Of a DNA stretch of 43,920 nucleotides, positions 43,001 to 43,920 are shown piece by piece. The stretch's first letter is position 1. Every line of letters begins with the position of its first letter. Origin of the DNA: a virus (Duplodnaviria; Caudoviricetes). The notes below the pieces were generated by a model. That model searched no databases, was not told where the DNA came from, and saw only the letters and a list, made by a program, of their open reading frames with translations. The translations under genes and the position numbers were made by a program. The stretch is from IMG/VR virus record IMGVR_UViG_3300018073_000003, positions 1-43,920 of that record; one strand, 5' to 3'.

Positions 43001-43920
43001 GTGCGGAGTCCACGCGCGGGCCCTCCCCAGCGCGTGCGGAGGCCGCGCTTGACGTCCATCGGGTCGGTGTCGCGCTGCGCTTTCGCAATCGCCTTGCGCT
43101 CGGCCTTGGCGTGGTCGACCCGCGTCGGCTGCGCCGGGCCATAGCCTAGCACCATGTATTCGAGGCAGTTCATCGCGTGGTCGTAGTAGCCGTCTTTGCG
43201 CGGGCGCCGCGTGTTGGGCGAGGTCGTGGTCGTGTAGACGCGCTCGTCCCACACGTAGCCCGCTTCGAGCGCATCGACAAAGTGGGTCGACGGCACCGGG
43301 CCATCGTCGCGCAGCAGCAGCCAGCGGTCGGCATCGACCAGAAACGCCGGGCCCATCTTCGTCAGCCTGCGCTGGTAGCCCGCGACGTGCTGAATCGCGC
43401 GGTCGCGGGCGTCGGGGTGGTTGGCGCCTGCGATGGTCCACAGTGCCACGCCGTGCTCGCGCAGCACGTCGGCCGCGCTAACCTGCGTGCCCTGCGAATT
43501 GTTCTGGTCACCCGCCGGGTCGCCGGTCGACATCACCTCGGAGGGCCAGCTGTCGCCCTCGAACCACTGCGCGCGGATGCCCAGCACGCCGGGCGCGAAG
43601 TCTTCGATGAACTGGTCCACGCCCAGCACGCCGCCGAGGATGACCAGCTGGCCCCACGGCATCAGCTGGCCCCAGACCACGCTGGGGTGCTTGTGGCCGA
43701 AGTCCCACGCCTCCAGCAGCGCGACGTCGGGGTTGAGCCGCGTCGGGCCGACGTGCAGCGCACTGTTCCATGTGGAACCATACACGGGCGTGCCGACAAT
43801 CGAGAGCCCGCGCTTGCCCTCGATGAAGCGGCGCCGCAGCGCGTGGCCCGGCGGGTAGGCCGATTCGAGCGAGCGGATGTAGAGGTCGCCGAGGTTGTGG
43901 CGGTTGTCGTAGACCGACGT
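42997..43920 (-). CDS. terL: Terminase large subunit, C-terminal RNase H-like nuclease part
   Basis: AWDFGHKHPS, GDPAG, YDHAMNCLEY; frame open to the window end and continuous with 1-711. Confidence 0.9.
   Translation of the reverse strand, partial: TSVYDNRHNLGDLYIRSLESAYPPGHALRRRFIEGKRGLSIVGTPVYGSTWNSALHVGPTRLNPDVALLEAWDFGHKHPSVVWGQLMPWGQLVILGGVLGVDQFIEDFAPGVLGIRAQWFEGDSWPSEVMSTGDPAGDQNNSQGTQVSAADVLREHGVALWTIAGANHPDARDRAIQHVAGYQRRLTKMGPAFLVDADRWLLLRDDGPVPSTHFVDALEAGYVWDERVYTTTTSPNTRRPRKDGYYDHAMNCLEYMVLGYGPAQPTRVDHAKAERKAIAKAQRDTDPMDVKRGLRTRWGGPARGLRT
43798..43920. repeat. 123-bp direct terminal repeat (copy 2)
   Basis: Identical to 1-123. Confidence 0.97.

Overview
The window is an apparently complete, circularly permuted, high-GC (~70% by eye) tailed-phage genome of 43,797 bp. 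Bases 1-123 repeat exactly at 43798-43920, and the terminase large subunit runs across the junction. The morphogenesis genes are podovirus-like (minus strand): TerL, portal, GroES-like co-chaperonin, scaffold, Mu-gpT-like major capsid, adaptor, nozzle, three paralogous fibre/receptor-binding proteins and ejection proteins, ending in a 1824-aa polyvalent protein with a C-terminal ART-PolyVal-like domain. A minus-strand middle operon encodes a Cro-like HTH, ERF recombinase, PD-(D/E)XK exonuclease, small replication protein, RusA, a PEP-CTERM surface protein, a TerS candidate and an Acb2/Tad1-like sponge. A plus-strand early island (9.7-17 kb) is built from 5-6 repeated cassettes: TTGACA, palindromic operator ACCCAGCGCTGGGT, -10, 5' hairpin, conserved RBS leader, then 1-5 small genes. 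I recognised no integrase, DNA polymerase/helicase or endolysin. The PEP-CTERM tail implies a diderm, exosortase-bearing host such as Acidobacteria (inference). Most notable: the operator/promoter cassette array; a small protein carrying both the capsid N-terminal motif and a scaffold motif; a phage-borne PEP-CTERM protein; the multi-enzyme ejected protein; and a cluster of Q/P-rich low-complexity genes in the virion module. All family assignments are by eye from motifs; no searches were run.
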